Below the pieces are notes generated by a model. It was not told the DNA's origin. It worked only from the letters and a program-made list of their open reading frames with translations, and made no database searches. The position numbers and the translations under genes were made by a program. A stretch of DNA of 33,514 nt from Candidatus Moraniibacteriota bacterium (lineage in GTDB: Bacteria; Patescibacteriota; Minisyncoccia; Moranbacterales; GCA-2747515), in the NCBI GenBank assembly GCA_020428995.1, contig JAGQLW010000017.1, forward strand, positions 1 to 33,514, in the 5' to 3' direction. Positions 32,389 to 33,514 of this stretch are shown in pieces (the stretch's first letter is position 1; each line of letters begins with the position of its first letter).

Positions 32389-33012
32389 ATGTCTTTGAAA
32401 GTTAGTCCAACACGAATCAATCTTTTGAATTTGCGTAAAGAACTGCGTGTCGCTGAACGCGGGTATAAGCTTTTGAAAGATAAGCGTGATGGTTTGATGA
32501 AAAAGTTTATGTCCGTTACTCGTGAGGCACGACTGCTTCGTCAAGATGTTGAGAAGCGTCTTGGTAGTGCTTTTTCTAGTTATGTGCGTGCTTCGGCGAT
32601 GATTCCAAAACCGGTGATGGATAATGCTTTTTTGTTGCCAAATGCTAATGTTTCTCTTGAAGTTTCTACAAAAAGTGTTATGTCTGTTGCAATTCCTCAG
32701 TTTACAGTTTCCAAGGAAGGCGTTGCTTTTTCGTATGGTTTTTTGGAAACGACAGGTGATCTTGATGTTGCCGTGGCGGCTTTTGATGATGTCTTTGTTG
32801 ACGTTGTTCGATTGGCAGAATTGGAAAAAACGGTTGAAAGATTGGCAATTGAGATTGAAAAAACACGTCGTCGCGTGAGTGCTTTGGAATATGTGCGTAT
32901 TCCGAGTTTGGCGCAGACTATTCGTGTGATTGGGATGCAGTTGGAAGAGCGTGCACGTGATGCTGTTGTGGCAACGATGCGTGTCAAAGCAATGATTGAA
33001 GCGAAAGGATAG
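32389..33012 (+). CDS. atpD: V/A-type ATPase subunit D (central rotor stalk)
   Basis: 207 aa. It carries VSPTRINLLNLRKELRVAERGYKLLKDKRDGL and the C-terminal helix TRRRVSALE. Confidence 0.9.
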   Translation: MSLKVSPTRINLLNLRKELRVAERGYKLLKDKRDGLMKKFMSVTREARLLRQDVEKRLGSAFSSYVRASAMIPKPVMDNAFLLPNANVSLEVSTKSVMSVAIPQFTVSKEGVAFSYGFLETTGDLDVAVAAFDDVFVDVVRLAELEKTVERLAIEIEKTRRRVSALEYVRIPSLAQTIRVIGMQLEERARDAVVATMRVKAMIEAKG

Positions 33013-33034
33013 AGTTTTTGTCGGGTTTTTGTTT

Positions 33035-33072
33035 AAAAATAGAGGCATCTATAGATGCCTCTATTTTTTTTG
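33035..33072 (+). terminator. Rho-independent terminator closing the ATPase operon
   Basis: An 11-bp perfect stem ATAGAGGCATC (33039-33049) / GATGCCTCTAT (33054-33064) has loop TATA. It is flanked by an A-run upstream and T8 downstream. Confidence 0.85.
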
Positions 33073-33140
33073 TTTAGGATGTGTTTTTTTGTGGTATACT
33101 GGACATATCTTTTATACATGATTTTAAGTTTTGTTTTTTC

Positions 33141-33514
33141 ATGTCTTTTTTTGTAAAAACTTTTCTTTTGCGTACAGTATTGTTTGTCAGTATTGTTTTT
33201 GGCGTGTCTTTTTCTTCTTCTGTTTTTGCTGCTTCTTGCACAATCAGTCCAGTTGATTTAGGCGGAGGATCATATCGCATGGATTATACAATCGATTGGT
33301 CGGGCGAGACGTATACTTTAATGGAAATTTCTGGAGCGGGTAGTCAGCCGTATATTTCAAAAACAGGTTCAACGCAGTCAGGGAATTTTACGCATACACC
33401 AACAATAACAACAACATACCAACTTACTCCATATACTGGTTTTAGTCCTGGGTATTTACCGCTATGTGAAGCAACCGTTACCATAACAGCGTGTACATGG
33501 AATGGATCAACATC
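33141..33514 (+). CDS. Secreted or surface protein, N-terminal fragment (runs off the window)
   Basis: The frame is open from ATG 33141 to the window end and is absent from the ORF track because it has no stop. It has a signal-peptide-like N-terminus, MSFFVKTFLLRTVLFVSIVFGVSFSSSVFA-AS, followed by a Thr/Ser/Gly-rich mature region. Confidence 0.55.
   Translation, partial: MSFFVKTFLLRTVLFVSIVFGVSFSSSVFAASCTISPVDLGGGSYRMDYTIDWSGETYTLMEISGAGSQPYISKTGSTQSGNFTHTPTITTTYQLTPYTGFSPGYLPLCEATVTITACTWNGST

Overview
This is a bacterial chromosomal segment that is gene-dense and almost entirely co-oriented on the + strand. I saw no rRNA, tRNA, CRISPR array, transposase or integrase.

Genes on the + strand, in order: nusA, ppa, tig, clpP, recO, a membrane-anchored protein with four repeat domains, tgt, pgeF/yfiH, glyQS, pepA, an M16 peptidase, an AI-2E permease, rsmI, metG, tatD. 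These are followed by a complete V/A-type ATPase operon in the archaeal-type order H/G-I-K-E-C-F-A-B-D, then a partial secreted protein at the right edge.

The only minus-strand block (20008-22937) holds a histidine-phosphatase gene, ispE and a fused ispDF. Every gene in it carries at least one disabling lesion.

The most unusual feature is a family of at least 13 co-oriented elements of about 120 nt (one 313-nt and one 177-nt expanded version).
- They fold into long imperfect hairpins with clear helix covariation.
- Most begin 0-6 nt after a stop codon.
- Three sit inside the ATPase operon.

The + strand is strongly G+T-rich regardless of gene orientation. Most genes have no Shine-Dalgarno sequence.

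All calls come from reading the sequence and the ORF translations. No database search was run.
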